Source: Patescibacteria group bacterium (GTDB lineage Bacteria; Patescibacteriota; Minisyncoccia; Phycocordibacterales; JBHPGB01). Taken from it: a stretch of 64,000 nucleotides of DNA. A model generated the notes under the pieces. It saw only the letters and a list, made by a program, of their open reading frames with translations, searched no databases and had not been told where the DNA came from. Every line of letters starts with the position of its first letter. Within the stretch, counting starts at the first letter, position 1. The position numbers were made by a program, and so were the translations under genes. Positions 22,547 through 32,740 of the stretch are shown piece after piece. The stretch spans positions 6,796 through 70,795 of the forward strand of contig JBHPGB010000002.1 of the NCBI GenBank assembly GCA_042571085.1, read 5' to 3'.

Positions 22547-23011
22547 TTAATTATCTGTATTGCGGACAAATTCCAATGTGTTTCCTCTATCAAGATAAAT
22601 AAGTGTTAGATTTGTATCTGTTACAGACTCAACAATATAAAACATTACCTCGCCATCACTTTCTTTGATAAGAAATGGTCCATCTGTAGCATTTGGATAT
22701 TGCTCGCTTATTTTTTCTGGCAATGTTTCCGCAATGCTCCATGAGCCAATACTTACAACTTCACCATCATAATATTCTTCAAGAAAAGCATTTTCACCAT
22801 GGGATACTTCGTATTTATTATCATCCACACTTACCCACTTGCCAATAAATTGCACTTCATTTATTTCATTACTTTCGTTAGCAGAAGCCGCAACATTATT
22901 TTCTACATTTATATTTGTTTTAACATCTTCGCTCGCTGTCCTACCACTCAGAAAAAAGAAGGTTGCCGCAATAATTATTAATATAAAAATTGTATAAAAT
23001 ATTTTTTTCAT
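22547..23011 (-). CDS. membrane-anchored lipocalin-like hypothetical protein
   Basis: N-terminal TM helix; IGKWVS...LTLIYLDRGNTLEF beta-rich domain. Confidence 0.65.
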   Translation of the reverse strand: MKKIFYTIFILIIIAATFFFLSGRTASEDVKTNINVENNVAASANESNEINEVQFIGKWVSVDDNKYEVSHGENAFLEEYYDGEVVSIGSWSIAETLPEKISEQYPNATDGPFLIKESDGEVMFYIVESVTDTNLTLIYLDRGNTLEFVRNTDN

Positions 23012-23167
23012 GGGTTAATTGTATCATACGTCAAAACACACGTCAGTACTGACGTGTGTTTTGTGAAAAATTGATTCACGTCTTGGTGCCCTTTGTAGGA
23101 GCATCCGCGATGCGAATTCGAGCTTTGTGATACAGAAGCTTCGCTTCGTATCACAAACCCTAATTCG

Positions 23168-23330
23168 GCTGCCAGATAGGGACTCGCCTCTCACAAATCA
23201 AAGATTTGTTCCGAAACGCACTATTTTTATAATCGCTTCGCTCTTTAAAAATAGGCGCCTACGGTTCGAGTCCTATATCTGAAAAACACGCAATAAAACA
23301 GACCTCACAAAAGAGGTCTGTTTTATTGCG
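23168..23330 (-). repeat. tRNA-associated element downstream of tRNA-Gln
   Basis: Hairpin 23289-23330, inverted tRNA 3' copy 23263-23281, core 23187-23262 (nearly identical to 40424-40501), direct 3' copy 23168-23186. Confidence 0.85.
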
Positions 23331-23332
23331 AG

Positions 23333-23403
23333 CTGCCAGATAGGGACTCGAACCCCAATAGACGGCACCAAAAGCCGTAGTCCTACCATTAGACGATCTG
23401 GCA
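23333..23403 (-). tRNA. tRNA-Gln(TTG)
   Basis: Cloverleaf: acceptor TGCCAGA/TCTGGCA, anticodon arm ACGGC-TTTTGGT-GCCGT, GGTTCGAGTCC. Confidence 0.93.
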
Positions 23404-23434
23404 ATGATTATATTTATAGTGCATTCATCACAAC

Positions 23435-23503
23435 ACACTCGGCCGTCAATAGCGGCACCAGCTATCTAAAAACTGCGTAGTCCTACCATTAGACGATCTG
23501 GCA
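23435..23503 (-). pseudogene. degenerate upstream copy of tRNA-Gln
   Basis: First 28 nt identical to tRNA-Gln (23476-23503), then an insertion before the anticodon and a decayed 3' half. Confidence 0.7.
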
Positions 23504-23613
23504 ATAAATTAGACTTGTGATCTAATAGTCTATAATTTACCGTAAAAACGGTCATTTAGCAACTTAAGAAGCGGCGAAAAGCAAAGCTTTTCGCCGCCTT
23601 CTACTATTGTTGA

Positions 23614-24645
23614 TTATTTATTATCAATCAATTTTATCACAGCAAGTTCAAGTGGCAGATGCGGAAGGTATGAATTCCCTATTTTTGTATACGCATCTAG
23701 GAATTCTTTTAGTACTTCGGAATTAATATGTGCTTCCTTGTCTTTTGCCAAGTCGGAAAGAAACGCATTATCCTCTTCACTGAAATCACTCTCAATAACT
23801 TGTGTCAAATTTTGCGCAAATCTCATAAGAAGCACTGCTCGCAATTTTCGTAAAATAAGTTTTGCATACACTGTCATATCTACATTGTATTCTGTTGCTG
23901 TATGAATTGCACCAAGAGCTTTCTCTGAATCTTTTACTGCAATTGCATAAATTAAATCATTTACCAACTTAGCACTCGGGGCGCCAAGTACTTTTTCTAC
24001 CTCCTCGCGGGAAATTTCTTTATCTGCGGATGCACTAATTACCTTTTGCACAATTCCGAGTGTGTCGCGAAATGATCCATCACCAAGCATTGCGATTAAA
24101 TCGGCAGATTCTTTTTCAATTGCGAAACCTTCTTTCTTTGCAGTATCAAGCGCAAGTTTTTTAAGCACCTCGTGACCCGGCTTTTTAAATGTAAATGTTT
24201 GGCAACGTGACACGATTGTGTCAGGTAATTTTTGTATTTCAGTAGTAGCAAGCATAAAGATGGCGTGCTTTGGTGGCTCTTCAAGTGTTTTCAAAAGCGC
24301 ATTAAAAGCCTCCTTTGTAAGCATGTGCACCTCATCAATAATATACACTTTATATGGTGACTCAAGTGGCAACACTCTCACAGCTTCTCGCAACTCACGA
24401 ATATCATCAATACCACGATTGCTCGCTGCGTCTATTTCTTGTAAGTCATTTACAGAGCACCCTATTTCATGCGCCAAAATTCTAGCAATTGTTGTTTTGC
24501 CTGTACCTCGTGTGCCAGCAAAAAGATATGCGTGAGAAATATTACCTTCTTTCACGGCGTTTTTGAGTACATCTATTACATGATCCTGACCAAGCACATC
24601 TCCCCATTTCTCCGGCCGATATTTTCTATATAAAGCTAATGACAT
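23614..24645 (-). CDS. dnaX: DNA polymerase III subunit gamma/tau
   Basis: LYRKYRP, GTRGTGKTT, IDEVHML, NALLKTLEEPP, SRC. Start MSLAL is 7 nt after TATACT. Confidence 0.96.
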   Translation of the reverse strand: MSLALYRKYRPEKWGDVLGQDHVIDVLKNAVKEGNISHAYLFAGTRGTGKTTIARILAHEIGCSVNDLQEIDAASNRGIDDIRELREAVRVLPLESPYKVYIIDEVHMLTKEAFNALLKTLEEPPKHAIFMLATTEIQKLPDTIVSRCQTFTFKKPGHEVLKKLALDTAKKEGFAIEKESADLIAMLGDGSFRDTLGIVQKVISASADKEISREEVEKVLGAPSAKLVNDLIYAIAVKDSEKALGAIHTATEYNVDMTVYAKLILRKLRAVLLMRFAQNLTQVIESDFSEEDNAFLSDLAKDKEAHINSEVLKEFLDAYTKIGNSYLPHLPLELAVIKLIDNK

Positions 24646-24835
24646 TGCAGATAGTATATCATAATTGAATGTTCTAACGAAAAAATGCGCCTCCTCAAGG
24701 CGCACCTTTAAAACAAATTGGAAAATGGCGATATAAAATATTCAATATACGCCAAAGGAAAGAACATGAGCAAAAATAATACTTTAAACATTTAATTTTA
24801 CCTTGGAATCAACTGTGCAAGATAGTATCATTTAT

Positions 24836-25807
24836 TTATTTTTTGTGCAAAAATTTGTCAACAATTCCTTCAACCTCATCTGCATTTTTGGCATCCATTA
24901 ATTCAATTCGTAATTCTTTTGCGCCATCAAAACCTTGCACATATGCTTTGTAATGCTTTTTCATAAGTGCAAAATTTTTCACATCACCTAGCTTTTCTTC
25001 AAAAAGCTTCGTGTGTTCTACCATTATCTTTAATCGATCATTTAATTCTGTGATTTGATCACCAAAAAACCAAGGCGTGCCAAATACAGCGCGGCCGACC
25101 ATAACACCATCTGCGCCAGACTCTTTCGCTTTTTCTTTTCCATCTTCCAAACTCTCCACATCTCCATTACCTATTATTACAGCATCGCTCCCCAACTCAT
25201 CACGAATTTCTACCACACGCTTTACATGCTCCCAGCGCGCTGGCACATCACTCATTTCTTTACGAGTACGTGTGTGAACCGTAAGCGCATAAATTCCAGT
25301 GTTCAAAAGTATCGGAATCCAATCCTCAATCTCATTTTTATTGTAACCAATACGAGTCTTAACAGAGAGCGGAATATTTTTACAAGAATCTTCAATCCCC
25401 TTCTGTGTAGCCTCAATTATTTTCACAGCAAGTTCTGGATTTTTCATTAAGCTCGCACCAGCTCCTTGCTTCTCAATAATTTTATGCGGGCAACCCATGT
25501 TTATATCAATTCCATCAAAGCCGAGTTCTGCAATTATTTTTGCTGATTCATAAAAATTCTCTGGCTTCCCACCAAAAATCTGAGCAACGATTGGACGCTG
25601 CGCTTCCGTGTACTCTAAATCGCGCAGAAGCGCTTTTTTACCCTCTGGATGAGTGAGTCCATCACAAGCAACAAATTCAGTCCAAAAGACGTCTGGTGAC
25701 CCATAGCGTGCAAACATTTCTCGAAACGCCACATCTGTCACATCTGCCATCGGTGCCAGCGCAAAAAACGGGTTCTTCTTCTTTTGTAATTCTTTCCAAA
25801 AAGTCAT
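24836..25807 (-). CDS. dusB: tRNA-dihydrouridine synthase (DusB-like)
   Basis: LAPMADVTD, DINMGCP, SVKTRIG, IGNGD, GVMVGRA. Confidence 0.9.
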   Translation of the reverse strand: MTFWKELQKKKNPFFALAPMADVTDVAFREMFARYGSPDVFWTEFVACDGLTHPEGKKALLRDLEYTEAQRPIVAQIFGGKPENFYESAKIIAELGFDGIDINMGCPHKIIEKQGAGASLMKNPELAVKIIEATQKGIEDSCKNIPLSVKTRIGYNKNEIEDWIPILLNTGIYALTVHTRTRKEMSDVPARWEHVKRVVEIRDELGSDAVIIGNGDVESLEDGKEKAKESGADGVMVGRAVFGTPWFFGDQITELNDRLKIMVEHTKLFEEKLGDVKNFALMKKHYKAYVQGFDGAKELRIELMDAKNADEVEGIVDKFLHKK

Positions 25808-26652
25808 TAATCTATAAATTTGTAGAATACCTTATTGCCAAATCGTAAGTCAATATACTCGAGTGGCTCTGTACTAGTTTGTATCGTATCGATTGATGAA
25901 TCTAGATTTTCAAGCAAATCATCAAAGTTTTGTTCTTCATTAAATATAATTTTTGAATCATCCGTTAAAAGTAACTCGAAATCATTTTCTTCTTTTTCAA
26001 CAAATCCAATAGTTTCAAATCCTATTTTTTCAACTTCTTTCTTGAATGCAATAAATTTTTCAAATTCACTTATTTCAAAAAGCTGATTACCAAGCACGCC
26101 ATCATCAGAATCATTCCGGAGATTAAATTCACGAGGTGTATAGAATGTAAAGAATACAGATCCTGAAAATTGAGGAGCTTCCACAAATATGTACCCAAGC
26201 TCATCCATGAAAAAACACTTTTCGCCTGTTTCTGTTTTAGATTCACACCATACATACTCTGGTTTACGTTCAAAAATTTCAACCGCAACTGAGGTCAAAG
26301 AATCTCTGTGTATATTAAGTGCTCGTATTCTTTTGTCTATAGCAAAAACAGCTTCTTCTATATCCCCTTTTGGATATATAAAAATATTATCCTTACGGAA
26401 GAGCCATAAATATTTTCCAAGCATTTCTTTACGCACACTTTCTTGTATATCAGACTCCTTCACAATTTCATTACCCGACACAGAAATTTCAGAAATCACA
26501 ACCTTTTCATTTCCAGATTGCCAAGCAAGTATCCCCATTACAAAAAGTAGGATAATAAAAATTATCAGAACCTTTCGCACAACGGTCTGACCTTTTGCAA
26601 CAACCTTTTTATATCGCGTCTTTTTAATTATAGATTTTCTTGAATAAATCAT
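25807..26652 (-). CDS. ftsQ: cell division protein FtsQ/DivIB-like
   Basis: TM helix, POTRA-like ISVSGN, ERKP, C-terminal YIDLRFGNKVFYK. Confidence 0.75.
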   Translation of the reverse strand: MIYSRKSIIKKTRYKKVVAKGQTVVRKVLIIFIILLFVMGILAWQSGNEKVVISEISVSGNEIVKESDIQESVRKEMLGKYLWLFRKDNIFIYPKGDIEEAVFAIDKRIRALNIHRDSLTSVAVEIFERKPEYVWCESKTETGEKCFFMDELGYIFVEAPQFSGSVFFTFYTPREFNLRNDSDDGVLGNQLFEISEFEKFIAFKKEVEKIGFETIGFVEKEENDFELLLTDDSKIIFNEEQNFDDLLENLDSSIDTIQTSTEPLEYIDLRFGNKVFYKFID

Positions 26653-26667
26653 GATTTGTTATCTCAA

Positions 26668-26718
26668 TTATATCATAGAAAAAAGGCGGGCTTTGCCCGC
26701 CTTTTTTCTATGATATAA
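26668..26718. terminator. long inverted repeat / terminator after serS
   Basis: 24-bp arms TTATATCATAGAAAAAAGGCGGGC / GCCCGCCTTTTTTCTATGATATAA. Confidence 0.7.
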
Positions 26719-26720
26719 GA

Positions 26721-27986
26721 TTATTTTGTTATCAAATCTTTTCCGCCCATATATTTCTGAAGTACTTCTGGAATTTTTACTGAACCATCTGCTTGCTGGA
26801 AGTTTTCTATAAGAGATACTAAAATTCTCGGGGTTGGAATAGCAGTACAGTTCAGCGAGTGAGCAAACTGCTGTTTACCAGACTCATCTTTATATTTAAT
26901 ACCAAAGCGTCGTGTTTGAAAATCATGGAAATATGAAGCTGATGAAATCTCTCTATATTTTTCTTCCATTGGCACCCACAACTCAATGTCATACTTTTTC
27001 ACTTGCCCTAATCCTAGATCACCTCCGCAGTTTATAACTGTGTGGTAAGGAATATTGAGTGACTCAATAAATTCTTCTGTATTTCTATTCAGCCAATCAT
27101 GATACTCTACAGACTTTTGATGATCTGCTTCACATAAAATCACTTGTTCTAATTTATAAAATTCATGCACACGAATAAGCCCCTTTGTATCTTTTCCATA
27201 TGAACCAGCTTCACGTCTGTAGCAGGGTGAAAAAGATAGAAACTTTTTGTCCCCATCTTTAAAATCAATTACTTCATCAGAGTAATAGCCCATCGTTGCA
27301 ACTTCAGCAGTACCAGAAAGATAGTCGCCATCTTGTGTTTCGTATAAGTCTTCTGCTTCGGTCGGTAAATGACCAGTTCCATATAAATTTGCCTTCTTAA
27401 CAATCGCAGGAACTATCATTGGTGTAAACTCTTTTTTCAAAAAGAAATCCTGTGCGTAATTCCAAATCGCCCAAGAAAGAAGTGCCCCGTCATTCTTTAA
27501 ATAATATCCACGAAATCCGTGTACTTTACTTCCCCGTTCAAAATCAACCATGTCTAGATTTTTCATAATTTCAACATGGTCGCGTGGCTCAAAATCAAAC
27601 TTTGGTTTTTCTCCCCATGTTTTAGTCTCCACATTTTCTTCATCACTTTTTCCTTCTGGCACAGACATGTCGGGGATATTTGGCACTTGTAGCATGAGTG
27701 TTTGCCACTTGGTCATAATTTCTTTCAACTCTTTCTCTTTTTCTTGTAGTGAGTCTTTTAAAATCTGCATCTGTGAGATTTTGGCATCTCTTTGTTCAGT
27801 TGGCACATTTGCAATTTGCCTTGAAACAACATTCTGTTCTGCTTTCATTTCTTCAACTTTAGACAAAAATGCTTTTCGATCATCATCAACTTTAAGTAAT
27901 TCTTCCACGTCAAATTTTACATGCTTTTTCTTAGCACCAGCTTGAATCAAATCCTTGTTTTCCCTGATGAATTTTATATCTAACAT
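26721..27986 (-). CDS. serS: serine--tRNA ligase
   Basis: MLDIKFIREN, GTAE, CYRREAGSYGKDTKGLIRVHEF, EISSAS. Confidence 0.98.
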   Translation of the reverse strand: MLDIKFIRENKDLIQAGAKKKHVKFDVEELLKVDDDRKAFLSKVEEMKAEQNVVSRQIANVPTEQRDAKISQMQILKDSLQEKEKELKEIMTKWQTLMLQVPNIPDMSVPEGKSDEENVETKTWGEKPKFDFEPRDHVEIMKNLDMVDFERGSKVHGFRGYYLKNDGALLSWAIWNYAQDFFLKKEFTPMIVPAIVKKANLYGTGHLPTEAEDLYETQDGDYLSGTAEVATMGYYSDEVIDFKDGDKKFLSFSPCYRREAGSYGKDTKGLIRVHEFYKLEQVILCEADHQKSVEYHDWLNRNTEEFIESLNIPYHTVINCGGDLGLGQVKKYDIELWVPMEEKYREISSASYFHDFQTRRFGIKYKDESGKQQFAHSLNCTAIPTPRILVSLIENFQQADGSVKIPEVLQKYMGGKDLITK

Positions 27987-28021
27987 GTGTATATACTACT
28001 ATAAATGTTAGAATTAATAAA

Positions 28022-28882
28022 ATGCAAAAGGATATCAAAATTTTAAATAAAAATGAAGTTCCAGAGCAGCTTTTAGAAATTCCGGAGCCACCAGAAAAAT
28101 TATATCTACGTGGTGAATTACCAAGCGCCGATACTAAATTACTATGTGTCATTGGCTCACGCAAATATTCAAACTATGGTAAAGACGTTTGTGAAGAATT
28201 AATTAAAGGACTTGCAGGATACGACATTGCAATTGTTTCTGGGCTCGCAATTGGAATTGATGCAATTGCCCATCATGCAGCAATTAAAGCTGGACTCAAA
28301 ACAATCGCGGTTCCAGGGTCTGGAATTTCAGAAGATGTGCTTTATCCAGCAAGCAACCAACCACTTGCCAGAGAAATACTCTCTCATGGTGGTGCTCTAA
28401 TTTCAGAATTTGAGCCGAACTTCCGTGCAACTGTGTGGAGCTTTCCTAAACGCAACAGAGTAATGGCCGGTTTGTGTGATGCTGTATTAATTATCGAAGC
28501 GGCCGAAAGGTCCGGTACGCTCATTACAGCGCGACTCGCACTTGATTATAATCGCGATGTGCTCGTTGTCCCTAACTCAATATTTTCTGAACACGCAAAG
28601 GGTTCAAACTCTCTTGTGCGCCGTGGCGCAACACCAATCACCTCAAGTGCTGATTTGCTCCAGGAGCTCGGTTTTGACCAGTCTCATAAAAAAGTATCTT
28701 CTATTGAAAAGAATTTATCTGAAAACGAGCAAAAAGTAATTAGTCTACTCAACGAACCACTTGCTCGGGATGATCTAATCCGCCAACTCAAAATAGAAAC
28801 GAGCGAAGCAAATATTTTACTTTCTGCAATGGAAATTAAAGGGCTTATAAAAGAGTCTCTTGGTTTATTGCGTAAAAGTTAA
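28022..28882 (+). CDS. dprA: DNA-protecting protein DprA
   Basis: IGSR, VSGLAIGIDA.AH, FPKRNR, SGTLITA. Confidence 0.96.
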   Translation: MQKDIKILNKNEVPEQLLEIPEPPEKLYLRGELPSADTKLLCVIGSRKYSNYGKDVCEELIKGLAGYDIAIVSGLAIGIDAIAHHAAIKAGLKTIAVPGSGISEDVLYPASNQPLAREILSHGGALISEFEPNFRATVWSFPKRNRVMAGLCDAVLIIEAAERSGTLITARLALDYNRDVLVVPNSIFSEHAKGSNSLVRRGATPITSSADLLQELGFDQSHKKVSSIEKNLSENEQKVISLLNEPLARDDLIRQLKIETSEANILLSAMEIKGLIKESLGLLRKS

Positions 28883-28938
28883 AATTAAAGTAATGTAAAA
28901 ATAGCAACAGTAATGAACTTGGATTTGGGAGAAAAATC

Positions 28939-29049
28939 ATGAATACTGGCTTCATATATTTTAGTATTGTTGTACTTGCTGTTATTGCAGTAATACCCAT
29001 TTTTTACGCCATGAGAATCGCAGAAAATGACGACGGATATCATGAATGA
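28939..29049 (+). CDS. small single-TM protein (36 aa)
   Basis: MNTGFIYFSIVVLAVIAVIPIFYAMRIAENDDGYHE; GGGAGA RBS; below the ORF-track cutoff. Confidence 0.5.
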   Translation: MNTGFIYFSIVVLAVIAVIPIFYAMRIAENDDGYHE

Positions 29050-29177
29050 TAAGACAGTAGAAAAAGTTTACATCGGCCAGCACTTCGCTGGCCCTTTTCT
29101 TATGTTTTCAACATGTTAAATTTTTTGAAATTTGCATTATTCTGTTAGACTTGCTATAAACTGCTGATCAAATATGA

Positions 29178-29297
29178 ATCCCGTTAGAGATATAAACTGT
29201 TATTTTTGAGATACGGGAAAATAATATGATATTTATGAATTATCAATCAAACATTAATCAGATACGTAAATCTTCGATTTACTATCTCTAACGGGAT
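29178..29297. mobile_element. MITE-like element with 15-bp terminal inverted repeats at the topA start
   Basis: ATCCCGTTAGAGATA (29178-29192) / TATCTCTAACGGGAT (29283-29297); ATGAA on both flanks. Confidence 0.75.
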
Positions 29298-31503
29298 GAA
29301 ATTAGTAATCGTTGAGTCCCCCGCTAAAACAAAAAGTGTGGGTAAATATTTAGGATCAGAATATACCGTCACTTCTAGTGTCGGCCATATTCGTGACCTT
29401 CCTAAAAGCAATAAAGCCGCAATTGATATTGAGGCTGGTTTTGTGCCGCATTATGAGGTAAGCAAGGGAAAGGAAAAGGTTGTTGCTGAAATAAAGCGCT
29501 TGGCAAAAAAAGCAGATGAGATATATCTCGCAACCGACCCCGATAGAGAGGGTGAAGCTATTGCATACCACGTGGCAGAAGTAGCTGGAGCGAAAAATCC
29601 AAAGCGTATCGCATTTAATGAAATTACAGAATCTGCTGTACAAGAAGCGATCAAACACCCGCGTGAAATTGATCAAAATCTTCTTAAGGCTCAAGAAGCT
29701 CGTCGGGTATTAGACCGACTTTTTGGTTATGACCTATCAGGCCTTATTTGGAAAAAAGTGCGCTACGGGCTTTCCGCCGGGCGCGTGCAATCTCCTGCAC
29801 TACGTATACTTATGGAGCGCGAACGAGAAATCCGAGCGTTTGACCCTGTTACTTACTGGACAATCAATGCAGAAGTAAAAAAGGATAAGATAGAATTCCC
29901 TCTTGTTTGTGCAGAAGAACCGCGTGAAAAGAAAGAGATGGAGCGAATTTTGGAAGAAGGTAAAAAAGGCGAATGGTCTGTAATGGATGTAAAAGAATCT
30001 GAACAAAAAAGATCTCCAAAGCCTCCGTTTACTACTTCAACTCTACAACAAGCCGCCAGTACACGTCTTGGTTTTGCACCAAGCCGCACCATGGGTGTTG
30101 CACAAAAATTGTACGAGGCAGGACACATCACATATATGCGTACTGACAGCACGACTCTTTCAAAAGATGCGGAGAAACAAATTGTTTCTTTCGTGCAGTC
30201 TGAATATGGAAAAGAATATACTGCGCCACGTACATACAAAACAAAAAGTAAAACTGCCCAAGAAGCCCACGAAGCTGTGCGTCCTTCTAACATCAAAAAA
30301 GAATCTGCTGGAATGAATGAGGACCAGAAAAAACTTTACCGTTTAATTTGGGCCAGAACAGTAGCTTCACAAATGAGTGACGCGAAATTACTCAAGACAA
30401 AAGTTGTTGCAAACATCAAAGAAGAGTCTATTCCAAACTTTTCTATAAATGGTTCACGCGTAATATATGACGGTTGGCTTAAGGCTGATCCTGAAGCGCG
30501 CGGTGAAGACACAGAGGTTCCAAAAGTAGCAAAGGGAGATACACTCAATTTGATTGATATAAGCTCAGAAGAAAAAGAAACAGCGCCACCAGGGAGATAC
30601 ACAGAAGCTGGACTCATAAAAGAATTAGAAAAGCGAGGCATTGGTCGCCCTTCTACGTATGCGTCTACTATTAAAACGGTTGTTGATCGTGGCTACGTAG
30701 AAAAACAAGGACGCACTCTTTTCCCTACCGACACCGGTGATGTTGTCAGCTCTTTCCTTGAAGAACATTTCGCGAAATATATTAGTGATTCTTTTACAGC
30801 AGAAATGGAAGATGAGCTTGATGATATTGCAAATGGTGATCGTGAATATGTGAAAACCCTTAAAGACTTCTATACTCCATTCACAAAAGATGTTGCTTCA
30901 AAAGAAAGTATGGAAAAAATCACAAACATGGGTGAGGCAGATCCAAAATACAAATGTCCTGAGTGTGACGGCAAAATGGTAATCAAGCTCAGCAAAGCTG
31001 GAAAATTTATGTCTTGTGCAAAATTCCCAGAATGTACTGGGGCGCGAACTATTGAAGGAGAAGAATTGGAGGGTCCCAAAAAAATCGGTAAGAAGTGTCC
31101 AAAATGTGGTGACCCAAAACAATCAACCAGAAAAAATGCTAAGAAAAAAATTCCTGGTGAGCTTGTTGAAAGAGATGGACGCTTCGGTAGATTTATATCT
31201 TGTTCAAATTATCCAAAGTGTAAATATATAGAAGAAAGTGCAGAAGAAGTTGCAAAGAAAAATACTGGCGTAAAGTGTACTGAATGTAAGGATGGTGAAA
31301 TGATAGAACGCACAGGGCGCTTCGGAATATTTTACAGCTGTTCAAACTACCCAGAATGTAAGCATGCGATTAAAGCAAAACCTACTGGCAACAAATGTAA
31401 AATGTGTGACAAGCTTATGATGGAAGGGACAAAGACTATTCCGGAAAGATGTTCCGATAAAGCATGTCCAAATCATAGACCAGACAAATTGGATAAGAAA
31501 TAA
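29296..31503 (+). CDS. topA: DNA topoisomerase I
   Basis: IVESPAK, LATDPDREGE, SAGRVQ, ITYMRTDS, GIGRPSTYA, C-terminal zinc ribbons. Confidence 0.98.
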   Translation: MKLVIVESPAKTKSVGKYLGSEYTVTSSVGHIRDLPKSNKAAIDIEAGFVPHYEVSKGKEKVVAEIKRLAKKADEIYLATDPDREGEAIAYHVAEVAGAKNPKRIAFNEITESAVQEAIKHPREIDQNLLKAQEARRVLDRLFGYDLSGLIWKKVRYGLSAGRVQSPALRILMEREREIRAFDPVTYWTINAEVKKDKIEFPLVCAEEPREKKEMERILEEGKKGEWSVMDVKESEQKRSPKPPFTTSTLQQAASTRLGFAPSRTMGVAQKLYEAGHITYMRTDSTTLSKDAEKQIVSFVQSEYGKEYTAPRTYKTKSKTAQEAHEAVRPSNIKKESAGMNEDQKKLYRLIWARTVASQMSDAKLLKTKVVANIKEESIPNFSINGSRVIYDGWLKADPEARGEDTEVPKVAKGDTLNLIDISSEEKETAPPGRYTEAGLIKELEKRGIGRPSTYASTIKTVVDRGYVEKQGRTLFPTDTGDVVSSFLEEHFAKYISDSFTAEMEDELDDIANGDREYVKTLKDFYTPFTKDVASKESMEKITNMGEADPKYKCPECDGKMVIKLSKAGKFMSCAKFPECTGARTIEGEELEGPKKIGKKCPKCGDPKQSTRKNAKKKIPGELVERDGRFGRFISCSNYPKCKYIEESAEEVAKKNTGVKCTECKDGEMIERTGRFGIFYSCSNYPECKHAIKAKPTGNKCKMCDKLMMEGTKTIPERCSDKACPNHRPDKLDKK

Positions 31504-31548
31504 AAAGAGCCGCGACTTATGTCGCGGCTCTTTAGAGCACTAAAACAT

Positions 31549-32217
31549 CTACAACAACACATCCTTATCCATTCTGTTATTAAGAACTCGCCACAACCCG
31601 ATACGATCTGAACTACCAACACGTTGTTCATTACCGAGTCTTTTAATAAGCCAAAGGCTTTCGCCATTAAAATTATAGACTGGCTGCAAATCCCTACGCT
31701 GGGATACTGGTTTAATCACACCTGTGAGATTATCTAGTACCAACGGCTCAGCATGACTGTGTTCATAATATATAAGAACCATATGTGCCACATTCAGCTT
31801 CAAAGATTTTACATAGGTTATGCGAAGTTTCTCAACAGACACACCCATCTCAAGCAAAGTAAAATATTTGGCGATAGAGTAATCTTCACAATCCGCTTGC
31901 CAAACAAAGAGCACCTCGGTCGGTGTTGCCCAATAATCTTCCCTTCCCCAAATTTCATAATCTGATCCGTATTCAGCTTTGTTGAAGAAATCATTAACTA
32001 ACTCAAGTTTTTCATGTTCGGACTTGTCTCTATTGTTTACAATAAGTCCGTGCAATTCTGTAATTCGATTTTTTACAGCTATGTCATGATCTTTGGAAAT
32101 AGCCGTATGTGAAAAAAGAATGACACATATAAAACATGAGAGAATTAGATGGGATGTTTTTTTAAAAAGATCTGTTTCTGTGCGAGATACGCACAGAAAA
32201 TTAATGCGATATTTCAT
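31549..32217 (-). CDS. lapG: transglutaminase-like cysteine peptidase (BTLCP/LapG family)
   Basis: VNDFFN, WGREDYWATP, DCEDYSIAKY, AHMVL.YY, LVLDNL, R.DL.PVY.FN; AAGGAGG RBS before MKYRI. Confidence 0.85.
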   Translation of the reverse strand: MKYRINFLCVSRTETDLFKKTSHLILSCFICVILFSHTAISKDHDIAVKNRITELHGLIVNNRDKSEHEKLELVNDFFNKAEYGSDYEIWGREDYWATPTEVLFVWQADCEDYSIAKYFTLLEMGVSVEKLRITYVKSLKLNVAHMVLIYYEHSHAEPLVLDNLTGVIKPVSQRRDLQPVYNFNGESLWLIKRLGNEQRVGSSDRIGLWRVLNNRMDKDVLL

Positions 32218-32435
32218 GTCCGTATCCTCCTTAAAAACTGGATGTTCCAAAATTAAATACTGGTTGTAAGTATAACTTAAAATTTAAAAAAGTCAAATAC
32301 TTCCATACGTACATAATACTTGTGAAAAACACCCTAAAAAAGTTTCTTACATTAAACAAAGCCGCGCTAAAGCGCGGCTTTTTGTGGAAATTGGTATCCA
32401 CTCAGAGGCACGGTCGTAAAAGACCTCATTCACAC

Positions 32436-32717
32436 CTATTTTTGATCAAGTTCAAATGGTGTTCGAGGTAAATACATACCATAAACATACCCGCCAAATG
32501 AAAACATGAAAGATAATCCGATTATACCCTGTGCGACGCCTGAAAGCGCAAAACAAAGCACGGTAATGATGGCACATACAATACCACCAATGCAGTATAT
32601 TGGAAACTTTGTATCTGCCCTACTACCGAAATACCAAGAAACTGCTCCGAGTATCATCGAGATAACAAACGCCGCAACCAAACACAAAACAACCAAAAGG
32701 CTCGTATCACTGATCAT
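32436..32717 (-). CDS. small 3-TM membrane protein
   Basis: 93-aa hydrophobic ORF, AGGAG RBS. Confidence 0.65.
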   Translation of the reverse strand: MISDTSLLVVLCLVAAFVISMILGAVSWYFGSRADTKFPIYCIGGIVCAIITVLCFALSGVAQGIIGLSFMFSFGGYVYGMYLPRTPFELDQK

Positions 32718-32740
32718 GACCTATCTCCTAAAGATTTGAA

